Positions 32,346 through 45,275 are shown, numbered from the stretch's first letter. The stretch is DNA of 64,000 nucleotides from Octopus sinensis (GCF_006345805.1 NC_043002.1:31434001-31498000), one strand, 5' to 3'. Numbers and translations are program-made. The notes: a model not told the origin generated them from the sequence alone.

Positions 32346-33850
32346 ACAAATGCAGGCGGATAGATATACACATAATCACTTTAAGAGATAGATATAAGGC
32401 TAGGTATGAGATATATAAGAAGATTGATATGTAGATAAACGTGTAGGCAGATATATAGGTTAATAGACGCATATGCCGATAGAAAGATGGATGAATTGAG
32501 GGACGGAGAGATAGGCTAAAAAAGATGCGTGAACTGTTTAGAGAGATAGATGCAATAATAAATGAATGTAGTCACAGCTATATAAGGGTAGAGAAAGATG
32601 GATATTTTGACAAACAGATAGACAGACCGATAGATAGGAGGAAGGATACATATTTGGCTAGACAGATAAATCTGTAGGTAGACAGATAGACAGATATAAA
32701 TATGAATAATACTGTTATATTTGAGGATGGTCATGTTTTAACAATTAAACACATGCAAGATATATTTGGTTTTCACTTCAGCTTTAATATTATTATTTTA
32801 GTTCCTTTGTGAAACTTATTTCGCCACACATCCTGAGACCATCGACTGAGAGGAGTCGATGAAGAAGACACAAAAGATGTAACAAATGAATTTTAGAACA
32901 AAGAAATGAAGATTATTAAAATAAAGCTGAAATGAATACCAAGAATATAGTGCGTGTGCTTAATTGGCCAAATATTACCATCCCCAAGTATAAAAATATC
33001 TGTTTCAACACACGAATTCATATCAAGAATCTTGCAAAACAAATACATAGATGTATTTAAATGATAGATATATGACAATAAAGTAGAAAGAGGAAAAGAA
33101 AGCAGTGTACAAGATACAGATTGTATGAGATGGCTGACACTAGCGAGGAGGGTTTAAGATGCATAGACTCCGTTTAGTAATATATGTAATGTCTTTCCAT
33201 TCCACAAATAACGCAATATTTTGCTACTTGTACCGATTTTAAGTAAATAAACATGCATAGATGATATGCATGATATATGCAGATTGTAGGATATTTACAA
33301 AGTGGTGAGTTCGATGCTCGTGGACTTCAGCTGTGGCTTTAATTATTGTGTGATGTTTAGCATCAAGTAAGCTCAGATCGTCCAGATTTATGAAAAAAAA
33401 ATATATTGTTGCACCTAAGATTATAAATTCTTAAAAAATATTTTTATATACGGGGCCTAATATTATTCAATGTGTCCTATAGCAAACAACGAATTCTTGT
33501 GGGGTAGGCAAATATGTGGACGTATACTTGAAATGTCATCAAAGTAATTATTGCCTGAGTTTTTATGTTATGCAGATTTGGGGTGCAATGTCGTTAATGT
33601 TGTTTTAATTAGACGCTTCTACATCTTTGTTTACTCTCAATAATTCTGTTTCGCTGAGATTAACGAAAATTATACTAAATTCATATATATCTGTTACCAG
33701 CAAGCCTTTAGCCTTTATTAAAGCATCCTTATATTTGTTCTACAGTAGAGCAGTTTGAAGATAATTTTCACTCTTTCTGAAATAGTAATTAAATTTTCGT
33801 GATATAAAAAGTCGCTCTATGTCTCCTTTGTCCCTGGTCTATTTATAAAT

Positions 33851-33914
<64 letters not shown>

Positions 33915-34041
33915 TACACACATACATACATACATACATACATACATGTATAGTTGAAATGTACAGAAAATCAAAGGACCAAGACAAGTGTATGAAAATC
34001 AAGCACGTGTATTAGTTTGACGCTCGTGAAAGTGAAAAGAG

Positions 34042-34080
34042 TCTTTTTACGTTTTGAGCCTACGCTCTTCAACAGAAAGA
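34042..34080 (-). ncRNA. Hammerhead-like motif in PLE-B pseudo-LTR (CUGUUGA variant; G12 mutated to A here)
   Basis: UCUUU-CUGUUGA-A-GAGC(GUAG)GCUC-AAAAC-GUA-AAAAG. Confidence 0.6.
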
Positions 34081-36480
34081 TATAAAAGAAAATAAACGGA
34101 GAGAGAATTAAAAACTTGTGGATTTAGTGGTCAAACAGGGCGACTGGTTAGAAAACAAAAAAAGGTTTGACAGGAGAGGTTGAAAAAAGGGAAAATAATA
34201 AAGTATTGGTGGTCTCGAAACGAAGGTGGGGTATTATCAAGGAAGAGAAAAAGGCGGATTGGAGGTGGTAGGTAAGAGGAAATGGGAGACGGGCAACGGC
34301 GGGGTGAGTGCTAGGAGAGAGAGCAGACCCACGGTCCAGGTAACATGCCCTAGAAAGGGTTGCGTGGGTAGTGGTAAGGGAATATCTACGAAGGATGAAG
34401 TGGTGACTTATGAGTGTAGACTGAATCTCAAAGTCATGATTGCCACTAGAGAGCCCGCTCCGACAGAAGAATTGGGAGTTGGAGATGAAGAGCTTGGTGT
34501 GGGTAGGTGGGAGGAGGAAGTTAAGGTAGGAGTGTGAGTTGGCGTGCTTGTAGTGGATGGAGGTAATGATAGCGGAGTGGTGTATATTGACAGAAATTTT
34601 GAGAAATACGACGGAAGTGTTGAAAATAGTGCAGGTAAATTCGAGGGTAGGATGGAAGGATTGGACAAAAGAGAATGATTCTAGCTCTTCGGTGAGGTCG
34701 CGCCGATGCAGTCAGCAATTTAACGACCGTATAGTTCGGGAGTGGGACCAGTGAATCGTGCGAATATTTGTGCCTCAACGTAGCCAACAAATAGATTCGC
34801 TTAGTTGGGGCCCATTCTCGTCCTCATGGCCATTCCCGAATTTGTTGCTAAAACTCTCCCGCGAACGAGAAGCAGTTTAGGCTAGACAAAAAAGTGTGGA
34901 CGTGTCAGCTTGTGGGTTGGGTCGAAGCTCTCTAAAGTGCTTAAGTGCAAGAAGTTTTATGTTGTGTGGGATCACCGTATATAGACTTTCGATATCAAGA
35001 GTGAAGAGATATTTAGAGGGGCCAAAAGAGGAGGAGAAATAGTTAAAGACATGGAGAGCATAGGTAGTGTCATGGATGTGGGAGGGGAAGGAAGCCACTT
35101 GGCTGTCAAGGACATGGTAGAAATGAATTCCGTTGGGCAGTTACAGGCGGAGGCGATGGGGCGGCCACGGTTGTTGGGCTTGTGGATTCTGTTAAGGAAG
35201 AAAATAGTGGAGGATGCGTGGATTGCAGAAAATGAGTTTGGAGGCGGTGGGAAGGAGATGAGGTTACGAATAGTAGAGGACACAGTCTGCTGGTAGTTAG
35301 GCGTGGGGTTGGAGGGTAGAAGGCAATAGAAGGAGGTGTCATTAATGGTATATTTGCGCTGATGGAGACATCGAAGGGCTGTGAGTTCGGCCGGGGTGAT
35401 GTTAAAATGTCGGGGATACCTGAGAAAGTTAAACCGGCCTACAACATGTTGGCAGATGCTTGCAAAATGATCAACTGCTTAGATCCGGTTAGGAGCTGGC
35501 GTCCAGTGGAATGGTCGGCGGCCCAGGTCGGTGAAGCTGTCCTCTTCATTAGATTCAGGTGGCGTGTTGTGAAGAGTAGAGTGAAATGTGCAACGGAAGT
35601 TGAAAGAGAGAAGAAAAAGATGGAACAAGCGAGAAGGCGTGTATTTCGGAGAGACTTAAACGAATGGCGGTACGCATAAAGCGGTGAGAAGTAGAACGCA
35701 GTATCGGTAGGATAGAAGAAACAGAGTGGAAAGTAGGGTGAAAATTGAAGTGGAAAACTTCGAGGATGAAGTGGTGGTGGTGAAGGCATCGACTGAAAAG
35801 GAAACGTAACTACAGAAACGTGTTTTTTTTTTCTTTTTGAATATCAGAAGGTTGAAAGCTGCAGAAAGGTGTTTCTTTAGGTGGTAGTGAAAGTGGATGA
35901 GGGGGGGATTTTGTAATCGAACATGCTGGAAAAGAGAACAAAGAAACTTAAGAAAACAAAAAGCAGAAGAAAAGGAGAAAGAAAAGCTAAGTAATAAGGT
36001 ACGGAGTATGAAAGTTCAGAAAGTTCAAAAGTCATGAAGAGAAGAAAAAAATGGAGAGAAAAAGAGAAGAAAAGAAGAGAAAACGAAAAGGAGAAAAGGA
36101 CAGAGAAAGGCAAAGTATAACGTACGGAGTATAAAAAATCAGAAAGTTCAAAAAGGTTCAAAAAGCGTTCAAAAAAGTTCAGAAGTTGTGTTATACTGGA
36201 GCGATTTTTCATCAATGAAAGAGTCCAGCGAAATCCGTAAAGTTAGAGTCAGTACATCCAGTAGTAATCAAAATAGAGTGCTGGTATTTAGATGAGGAGA
36301 GGTGCAGAAAGTCCAAGTGGTCGTTATGACATGTAAGTCCAAATAGTGAGAGGATAAAAGTCGGCTGACCAAGTGAGTGTATAAAAAATAGTTGACATTT
36401 ACAGAAAAACTAAAAACGAAGACAGTTGTATAAACAACAAAAAGAGGTATATTAGTTTGACGCTCGGGAAAGTGAAAAAG

Positions 36481-36516
36481 TCCTTTACGTTTCGATCTAC
36501 GCTCTTCAACAGAAAA
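36481..36516 (-). ncRNA. Hammerhead-like motif (CUGUUGA variant)
   Basis: UUUU-CUGUUGA-A-GAGCGUAGAUC-GAAAC-GUA-AAGG, with loopless palindromic stem III ACGU. Confidence 0.65.
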
Positions 36517-36907
36517 GAATAAGAGAAAATAAACAGAGAATAAAAAAAAAATTGGGGATTTAGCGATATATATATAGAAATTAAATATAAAATATAAATT
36601 ACAAAGTGGGACAAGAACGCAAAAACACACAAAGAGACGACACACAAAAAAACTCGAAGCCTCTAATCTTCAGTCGGAACCGGATCATCTTAGCAATTTC
36701 GGCTGTTTAATCTCGATATCGCACCGAACCGGCCAGCCCCAAGGAAAAACTAAGCCACAGGCATTAGATTTCTTGGAAAAAGGATCGAATGTATACGAAA
36801 CAAAGACAGGATGCCACACGAATATAAATACAAGAAACAAAAAATAGAAATAAAAAACAACAAGAATGGTAAGCAGGAAAAAACAATGTGTGTGTGTGTG
36901 CGCGCGC

Positions 36908-36949
<42 letters not shown>

Positions 36950-36988
36950 ATATGTAGGGGGAGGATTCAAGCAGATGAAGTGAAAAAG

Positions 36989-37026
36989 TCTTTAACGTTT
37001 CGAGCCTACGCTCTCCCACAGAAAGA
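36989..37026 (-). ncRNA. Hammerhead-like motif, same family, core decayed
   Basis: UCUUU-CUGUGGG-A-GAGC(GUAG)GCUC-GAAAC-GUU-AAAGA; 5-bp stem I is perfect. Confidence 0.55.
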
Positions 37027-37660
37027 AACAAGGAGAGAAAATGCGTAATATATCATGGCGAATCTATATATCTATATATATACACACACTCACACACACA
37101 GTGTATAGCTTTTATATATTATATGGCTGAGCTTGTTGCTCGAGTTCCGCTGCAGCTGACAAAGTGAATGTTTGCCAAATTGCTTGGGCTTTCTGCAAGA
37201 AATATAAGCAATATTGTAGTAAATGTCTGTATTTGCTATATTCAAAGTCCTTTGTTACCGTTCATTTCGTTCACATCAGCAGAAAAATAATGAATTTTAA
37301 TGTATCCACGTGGTCAGTAAATTGGACTAGGGAGTTGGTCGATCAACATCATTGATACCATTACATGGCTGATACTTTATATTATCAACTACGAATGATC
37401 GAAAGGCAAACTGATACGAGCATGAACTGGAAACGGCAAGTAAAGAGGTACAAAGCCTGAGAGTTTGGGAGAGAAGTGGAATTCCGTTAAGATCGATCCC
37501 TAGAAATCTAGTGATACTTATGTTATCGACCAAAAATGAAAGGCAAAATCCATTTCAGCAGCATTTGAACCCAGAACGTAAGCACATCAGCATAAAATAA
37601 TAGGTAGAAGTACTTTTAAGTTGTACATTATCAATTATTTTGTAAATAAGTGAAAAAGTA

Positions 37661-37694
37661 TTTTACGTTTCGATCTACGCTCTTCAACAGAAAA
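37661..37694 (-). ncRNA. Hammerhead-like motif (CUGUUGA variant)
   Basis: Core identical to the 36481-36516 copy, inside a direct repeat of about 110 bp. Confidence 0.65.
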
Positions 37695-37742
37695 GAATAA
37701 GAGAAAATAAACAGAGATTTTAAAAAATTGGGGATTTAGCGT

Positions 37743-37788
<46 letters not shown>

Positions 37789-38877
37789 CTTTTTCACTTA
37801 TTTTGTAAATTATTGTAAATTATTTAAAGTTCTGAATTCAAATTTCGCCGAGTGACTTTGCCTTTTATATTTCCTGCTCGTTAAAATAAGTAGCAGCTGG
37901 GCATTGAGATCAATGTAAGCGATATATTCTCTCCTCCAAAATTGCTGGCCTTGTACAACAATTTGAAACCACTATTGTAAGTAATGGTGCATAGGACTAT
38001 ATTAATTGACATATATTCAAGTGAGGTTGTTACTATCAATTTTAGATTCCTGCAGGTGTTGACAGAATAATAATGAGTGCCTCATCAAACAATATTAAGT
38101 TGCCAAAATCTTAAACTAAGATCAAGATACGCATCTCATATTATATTGAGGAAAAGTTTAATTAACACAAAGATTAATTACCTCGTACAGCTCATTTGAT
38201 TATTTGGAAAACCATAACAGCAATATTAATTAACTAGCATTTTACAAAAATTAAGTCGTTAATTTCTACTTAAACCTAAGTTGTTACAAAACTGAAATTT
38301 ATGCTAATACGCTTAAGCCTCAAATTTCTTGCGCGCTCTCGAGCGCACATGGTCTTCTGTACACGTACACGTGCGTACAAAAACGCAACTCCCCTACCAC
38401 GCACAGACTGGGAGCGCAATCACATATAAACACGTATGCCTGTGCGTGAGGGTAATGGATTTTGTCTTGGAGGATGCCAATTTGCTACCACCAAGTGAAC
38501 TCTTAAACATAAAAGGTTCGTATTTTAGTCTTACTCAAACGTGCAGAGATAGCTTAAATTTTCATGCAACAAACTACGAATGTACAACAAAGTACTTCAC
38601 TTTGTCCGACTTGATCAAAGAAATGTATTGTAATAGTTTGCCATGTGTTGATAATTTCTGCAGGAACTATTTTTTTTTCTTCAATTGCTTTCTGGAAGGT
38701 GTTCTTTTAGCAGAGGGGTGAGATCATAGTTTTAGAGCTAGATCCACTACAACTTAGCTTGGGGGTCATTCAGTCAAGTATTTCGTGAGCTTGACGCAAT
38801 GGATGTATATGACGTACAAGATATTAATAACACAAAATAAGTACGTATTTAAAATTAGTTACTCAACAATATATATA

Positions 38878-39197
38878 TTATAAGAAAATAGTAAAGTGTG
38901 AAAACGACAGAAGGCTTAAATGTTAAAAAATATATATATTGTGTCAAAATGTCTGGAGAATATTGGAAAAATGTTTTTCCTTTCCTTAAAATGACATAAT
39001 TTTAAAAACATAACGTCACAAGAAATTTGAAAAGCTAACACCGAAACCGGTAATTTCTTTAAAAATTTTAAAATTACGTCATTTTAAGGAAAGGAAAAAA
39101 ATTTTTCCAATATTCTCCAGACATTTTGACACAAATATATATATTTTTTAACATTTAAGCCTTCTGTCGTTTTTTCACACTTTACTATTTTCTTATA
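38878..39197. mobile_element. MITE-like foldback with arms of about 130 bp
   Basis: 38878-39007 is the reverse complement of 39066-39197 with few differences; loop about 58 bp; TA at both ends. Confidence 0.85.
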
Positions 39198-39232
39198 TAT
39201 TCACCCACGTGCTTTACCAAACAAACTTTCTT

Positions 39233-39268
<36 letters not shown>

Positions 39269-39923
39269 GAAATATGTTACGAAAAGAAAAAAAATATATA
39301 TATATAGAGAGAGAGAGAGTGAGAGAAGGGGGAGAGATACCTAAATTTATACATGTGTATATATTTCTATGTTTATATAGATATATATTTATATATATTC
39401 ATATATGTATATATATATTTGCATATGTGTGTATGTGAGTGTGTCTTTATATATATATATATATATACATGTATGTATATTATTTAGACATATATTCTTG
39501 TATATATATTTCAATATGTGACCGCGTGTGTATCGTTGGCGATTTTCTTTCAAATTTAATTATCGCCAAAGGTCACTTGTCCATGCATACGCACTGACGT
39601 AGAAACATAAGTGCATACACCGTACGTACGTTTATAACATCATTCTACCGAAAATCATCATTATCGACCCTACCTTCAGATGGTAGACTCAGAATATGTA
39701 GCTTATCAGGCATAAAAAATAATTAGAAACATGTCTATTATTTTTTAGACAGTGTGGTAAAGTTTTAATTATCTATATCGTACTTATCGAAGATTGGCAA
39801 AATGTCTGTATAATTTTCAGAAGCGCAGGTGTTAGTAAACTGCTCCTATTTTTTCATCGATGGAGAGATAAACACGTAGTGAACTAGTTTATAAACGTTT
39901 GGAATGAAAATGATATTATGTTC

Positions 39924-40072
39924 TTCCAGTTCTATATTTAATAGATGAGGAATTATGCACGTTATTTACATTATTTGAATTTGATGGATATTTGTCCTCA
40001 GCTTGCTTGTTGTTAGCACGTTTCGGCGGATATAACCTCCAGCCTTCATCAGGTGGGGCCCAGTTAGAAATT
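39924..40072 (-). mobile_element. Tail fragment of the tRNA-head/hammerhead SINE
   Basis: Reverse-complement homologue of 40478-40589; contains CUGAUGA-A-GGCUGGA...UCCGCC-GAAAC. Confidence 0.75.
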
Positions 40073-40227
40073 TCTTCTGGTCGAGTAACCCATCCTGCTC
40101 AAAAGATCCCTGAATAAGGGTTGTTTAAGAATGTTGAACAAAACACCCGTTTCTAGAGGTGAATTATTCAAACCTATAATGCTTCCCCACTACTTCTGCT
40201 CGTGGTAAGAGATGCATTATTATTATA

Positions 40228-40297
<70 letters not shown>

Positions 40298-40311
40298 TAT
40301 TATATGACCAC

Positions 40312-40388
40312 GGGCATATAGCGTAGTGGTTAAGAGCGAGGGCTACTAACCCCAAGATTCCGAGTTCGATTCCAGGTAGTGACCTGAA

Positions 40389-40429
<41 letters not shown>

Positions 40430-40589
40430 ATAATAATAATAATATCAAAAAAATACCTTAGGAATGATAACCTAGGTTCGAAATTTCCCCAAGACACCTG
40501 ATGAAGGCTAGAGTGTATGCCGACCAAAATGTGTTAACAACAAACAAGATGAGGACAAATATCCGTCAAATATAAATAATGTATATAAT
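40312..40589 (+). mobile_element. SINE with tRNA-like head, (TAC)n(AAT)n spacer and hammerhead-like tail
   Basis: A-box-like TAGCGTAGTGG and B-box GAGTTCGATTCC at 40312-40385; ACAC-CTGATGAAGGCT...GTGT at 40494-40534. Confidence 0.75.
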
Positions 40590-40880
40590 GTATTATGTTC
40601 TCATTGAAAATAATTCACCTTATATTTTGAATAATCTAAAGCATTGACTATTTTAGTATTGATATTTGATCGTTTTCGACTTTGCTTTCATGCTTTCGGA
40701 GTTGATAAATTAAATACTAGTTGCGGACGGGGGTCAATCTAATCGACTGGCCCCTAGCTCCAAAATTTCAGGCCTTGTGCCTAGAGTAGAAAATAATATT
40801 TAATCCTCCTCTATTTCTAGCTTACTCCATATTTACATCGCTCTCTCTTTCTTTCTGTATTTATCCTTTCCTCTCTCTCC

Positions 40881-40913
<33 letters not shown>

Positions 40914-41153
40914 CCGCTAAGTCGAAGTCAACTCTCGGTTACTCGTTGGATCAGTGTCCTCCAGTCAGTTCTATCCTGGGCCGCTTCTTTCAGATTGGCT
41001 ATGTCCATTCCAGTATCCCTCTTGATGCCACTAACCATTCCGAGCATGATGTCCTTCTCCAGGGTTTTCTCCGCATAATATGACCGAAATATGCAATCTC
41101 TCTCTCTCTCTCTCTCTCTCTCCTCCTCTCTCTCTCTCTCTCTATATATATAT

Positions 41154-41266
<113 letters not shown>

Positions 41267-41646
41267 GAGGGCATTATACATACATGCCAGATGGCATTAT
41301 ACACATGCCAAACGCTAAGAGGGACAATTAGTCATTTCTACCAAAAATATTACTAATCCCACCGAATGCAATTTTTCAAAGTAAGACATTTAAAAAATAT
41401 AGACCTGTATCACCGTGATTTCATACTTACGTATTCATCAGCAGGCCTGGATGTATCATACATAAACGACCCTGTCTCGCTTAAGCCGATCAGCTAACTG
41501 ATCAACATCAACGAAGCACATGGGTGAGTTTACATATATATATATGCCAATCTATATATATATATATATAAAAGCGGTGCTCCAGCATGGCCGCAGTCAA
41601 AATGACTGAAACAAGTAAAAGAATAAAAGAATATATATATATATCA

Positions 41647-41681
<35 letters not shown>

Positions 41682-42016
41682 TCTCTCTCTCTCTCTTCAG
41701 ATAAACAAACATAAGGCTGTTGGTGTTGCTGTCACTGTTGTTATTTATATTGGTTTCTAATTTTGGCACAAGTCGATTATGTCCGGGGGAGGGAGCAGGT
41801 CGAATATATCGATCCCAATGCTCAAATGGTACTTATTTTATTCTTTTCTACTCTAGGCATTAGGGAGCCAGTCGATTAGATAGACCTCAGTACGAAACTC
41901 GTACTTATTTTATACTTTTCTACTGGTAAGGTCACAGCCGCGAAGCGTTTTGGCCAGCACACTAACGATCCTGCTACCTCACTGCCTTACTGTTGTTATT
42001 TATACTAATAAACATA

Positions 42017-42529
42017 TCTATATATATAAAACTGTAGTTGTGTGGGTGTCTGTCCCCTTCGATTTAGATTCCTAACTACTCCCACATTTTGCGGTGCAGT
42101 TTAACTAAATTCGGGTATCTTATAGTCGTGATTCATATCGAGCCCGTCTGAGTATTAGCGCGCGTCTTCGATGAGTCTACGATTTTAAAAATGATTTAAC
42201 ATCATTTTTTATTCCATTTTAATGCATAATTTTTCGTGTGTCGATGGCGGCGGAGTTGGCGTCCATGGTCACACCTGCACCTGTTTGCTTCTCCCCCTTC
42301 TTCCCTCCCTCGTGAAGCTGTGGGGAAGGGAGTGTAAGGAAATCAACGTCGTAAAGCGTTGTCAAGGAGACCAGCGTTCTTTTAGAACAACGACTTCATG
42401 GCTTGAAGACACCAAAACAGAAATGGCTAAGAAAGCCCGAATTGGCATCTATAAGGGAAGTAACTCTCTAAAAATGCTTATATAGTTAATTCCCTTACAA
42501 ACCTGAGCAACGCCGGGCGATACTGCTAG
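42017..42529 (+). mobile_element. Non-autonomous Helitron
   Basis: 5' TC (TCTATATATATAAAA), 3' CTAG preceded by a GC-rich hairpin (CCTGAGCAACGCCGGG), inserted between A (42016) and T (42530), no target-site duplication. Confidence 0.88.
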
Positions 42530-42967
42530 TAATAAACAAAATGAAACTATCTGAAATACGGATGTTTCTATTGCGTTAATTTTCAGATTGAACAATATGG
42601 TGCAGGCATTATGTTCAAAATTAGTAAATCCAAGACAGGGATTATTGACACATTTATAGTAACATTGTTCCTTAGAGTATTTGTGTGCTGCAGGTGTTAA
42701 TGGAGGAATTATGCTTGCTTGTCAAATGTGCATTAAGTAACCAAATCTCATAATAAGATCAGAATATATGTTATATTAGGTGCGTAAATAGTATTAATTA
42801 ACACGTAGGTTAATTACATCGTACGCTACATTAATGTTGTTGGGTTTTAATTAACTATGTTTTTTTTTCTCCAAAATTAAGTCGCTAATTTCTATTTGAA
42901 TGTATGTTAGAAACTTGAAACTTAAGCTCTCGCATGTGTACGTGTAAAAGCTTTAGCTCATATACAT

Positions 42968-43018
<51 letters not shown>

Positions 43019-43581
43019 TCGAATGCCTTCCCTCCTTTATTCATTCTAATCCTTCCTCTCTTTTCTTTCATTCTCTTCACTTTACTTCCTCCCTTCCAAG
43101 TCATCACTTCTCTTTCCCTTTTGTATTTATCTCTCTTCCACGTGCTTCTTTTCTTCCCCGTGCCTCTTTTCTTCTAACCATCCCCCCATCCTTGTAACAT
43201 TCTTTGAGAGTTCTACTTTGCTATAACCACAAATGGTTTTGGTGAAAGTAACATTAATGCTTTAGGTAGGTCACTCAACTTTTCTCAGCAGATATATAAT
43301 GCTATTGATTAAAGAACACCGGAAACAAGTGTAAGACAAATTTATTCTAATAAAGGAAAAATATGTAATGATCATGTTTATACCTTGTCTTGTATATCAC
43401 TCTATGTAACTGCATAACTGGAGCGCAACCAGGGATTTACGGTATGGAATAGTGTTGAGCTATAACCTCGAACCCTGCTGCAGGAATATTGGAGTTTACC
43501 AATCTAAACAATATTAGTAGCCTTGTATACTAACAGAAAGCTCAAGAAGTATTTTGCTTGAATTTATAACCACCCAGAAAT

Positions 43582-43622
<41 letters not shown>

Positions 43623-43690
43623 TAAGGATAATATCGATATTATCAAGTGGCCAGCATGGGAAAAATACCCTACAAAGGTAATAATTTTTT

Positions 43691-43805
43691 ACAACTAAAA
43701 ATAAGGGTGTCTGAGAGTCACCACCATGCCGAAATAGCAGTCAAAACCCTGACTTGCTATTTCGGCATGGTGGTGTCTCTCCTCTCAGACACCCTTATTT
43801 TTAGT

Positions 43806-43808
<3 letters not shown>
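43691..43808. repeat. 118-bp palindromic element; half copy at 46900-46947
   Basis: ACAACTAAAAATAAGGGTGTCTGAGAG...CCACCATGCCGAAATAGCAGTCA, loop AAACCC, then the reverse complement. Confidence 0.88.
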
Positions 43809-43845
<37 letters not shown>

Positions 43846-43949
43846 GGAGTAAACACATAAATGTGAAACAAGGTGGAAAAAAAAGAGTACTCAAATACCA
43901 GTGGTAGAGTAATATGCTTTATTTTAAGCAGCAGAAAATTCAACAAAAT

Positions 43950-43987
43950 CTGTTACTCTGAGTTTCTCGTTGCCGTTCATCAGACAG
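43950..43987 (-). ncRNA. Minimal type I hammerhead ribozyme motif
   Basis: CUGU-CUGAUGA-A-CG(GCAA)CG-A-GAAAC-UCAGA-GUA-ACAG. Canonical core, perfect stem I, GNRA-capped stem II, stem III ACUC-A-GAGU. Confidence 0.8.
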
Positions 43988-45237
43988 TTTTTGCTAGAAT
44001 GGAACATATATATTAATTCAATCTATACTCTTACAAACGCTACACCTTTAAAAAGAAATGGACTTGTTTGATTGGCCCTTTAGAAAAAAACGGTCAATCT
44101 TCGAGCATAAACAAAAAGGTCAAAAATATGTATATATATAATAAAAACTTATAAAAATTATAAAAATTATAAAATCCGAGGAAAAAACCGAGGAAAAAAA
44201 ACCTATTGCCGTTAATGAAGACAGTACAAATTAATGCATAGAAATTAAACCTGTTATAAATACTGCAATACATATTTATATTAAAATCCACATATATATA
44301 TCAACATACACAAAAGGATGCGCGTAAACGCCATACATACATATACATATACAGACGTATGAATATGAATCTAAATTATACACATAAAAGCATGTGTACA
44401 TATATTCACGCAAACCGTCTCGCACGCAAGCTAAAATTCATCTATGTAGCAATTCTCATATACTGAGCAAGGAGGGGGAACGAAGAAAGGGAAAGGAGAA
44501 AAAGGAACGAAAGAGGGGGGGGGGGGGAAACTTGTAGCGATGTTATTGGCATCTATAGAGGCCAGTATACATACACAAGTTTGAATTGATACATATACAT
44601 ACCGTCGTGTGTATGCGTGCTTAAGCACAAGCATACTTTCACTTACACATACACAGATACGCATGCTTACAAATACATATGCTTTGCTAATCGCTACAAG
44701 TTTCCACCCCCCCTCTTTCGTTCCTTTTTCTCTCTTTCCCTTTCTTTCGTTCCCCCTCCTTGCTCAGTATATGAGAATTGCTACATAGATGAATTTTAGC
44801 TTGCGTGCGAGACGGTTTGCGTGAATATATGTACACATGCTTTTATGTGTATAATTTAGATTCATATTCATACGTCTGTATATGTATGTATGGCGTTTAC
44901 GCGCATCCTTTTGTGTATGTTGATATATATATGTGGATTTTAATATAAATATGTATTGCAGTATTTATAACAGGTTTAATTCTATGCATTAATTTGTACT
45001 GTCTTCATTAACGGCAATAGGTTTTTTCCTCGGTTTTTTCCTCGGATTTTATAATTTTTATAATTTTTATAAGTTTTTTTATATATATATACATATATTT
45101 TTGACCTTTTTGTTTATCGCTCGAAGATTGACCGTTTTTTTCTAAAGGGCCAATCAAACAAGTCCATTTCTTTTTAAAGGTGTAGCGTTTGTAAGAGTAT
45201 AGATTGAATTAATATATATGTTCCATTCTAGCAAAAA

Positions 45238-45275
45238 CTGTCTGATGAACGGCAACGAGAAACTCAGAGTAACAG
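45238..45275 (+). ncRNA. Minimal type I hammerhead ribozyme motif (mirror copy)
   Basis: Identical to 43950-43987 on the opposite strand. Confidence 0.8.

Larger units (their letters stand above)
33950..36570 (-). mobile_element. Penelope-like element B: pseudo-LTRs flanking a frameshifted RT, GIY-YIG absent
   Basis: Minus strand HWTPAPNR, RIHKPNNRGRPIASACNCPTEFIS, LFTLDIESLYTVIPH, MGPNxANLFVGYVEAQ, PFPLTYH. Direct terminal repeats at about 33990-34130 and 36430-36570. Confidence 0.88.

Noticed and set aside
36660-36750. Type II hammerhead on the minus strand (CAGCC-GAAA...ATC...CTGAAGA)
   Set aside because: Stem I does not pair and stem II would need a 5-nt insertion.
40312-40385. tRNA gene
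   Set aside because: Acceptor stem does not pair; it is a SINE head.
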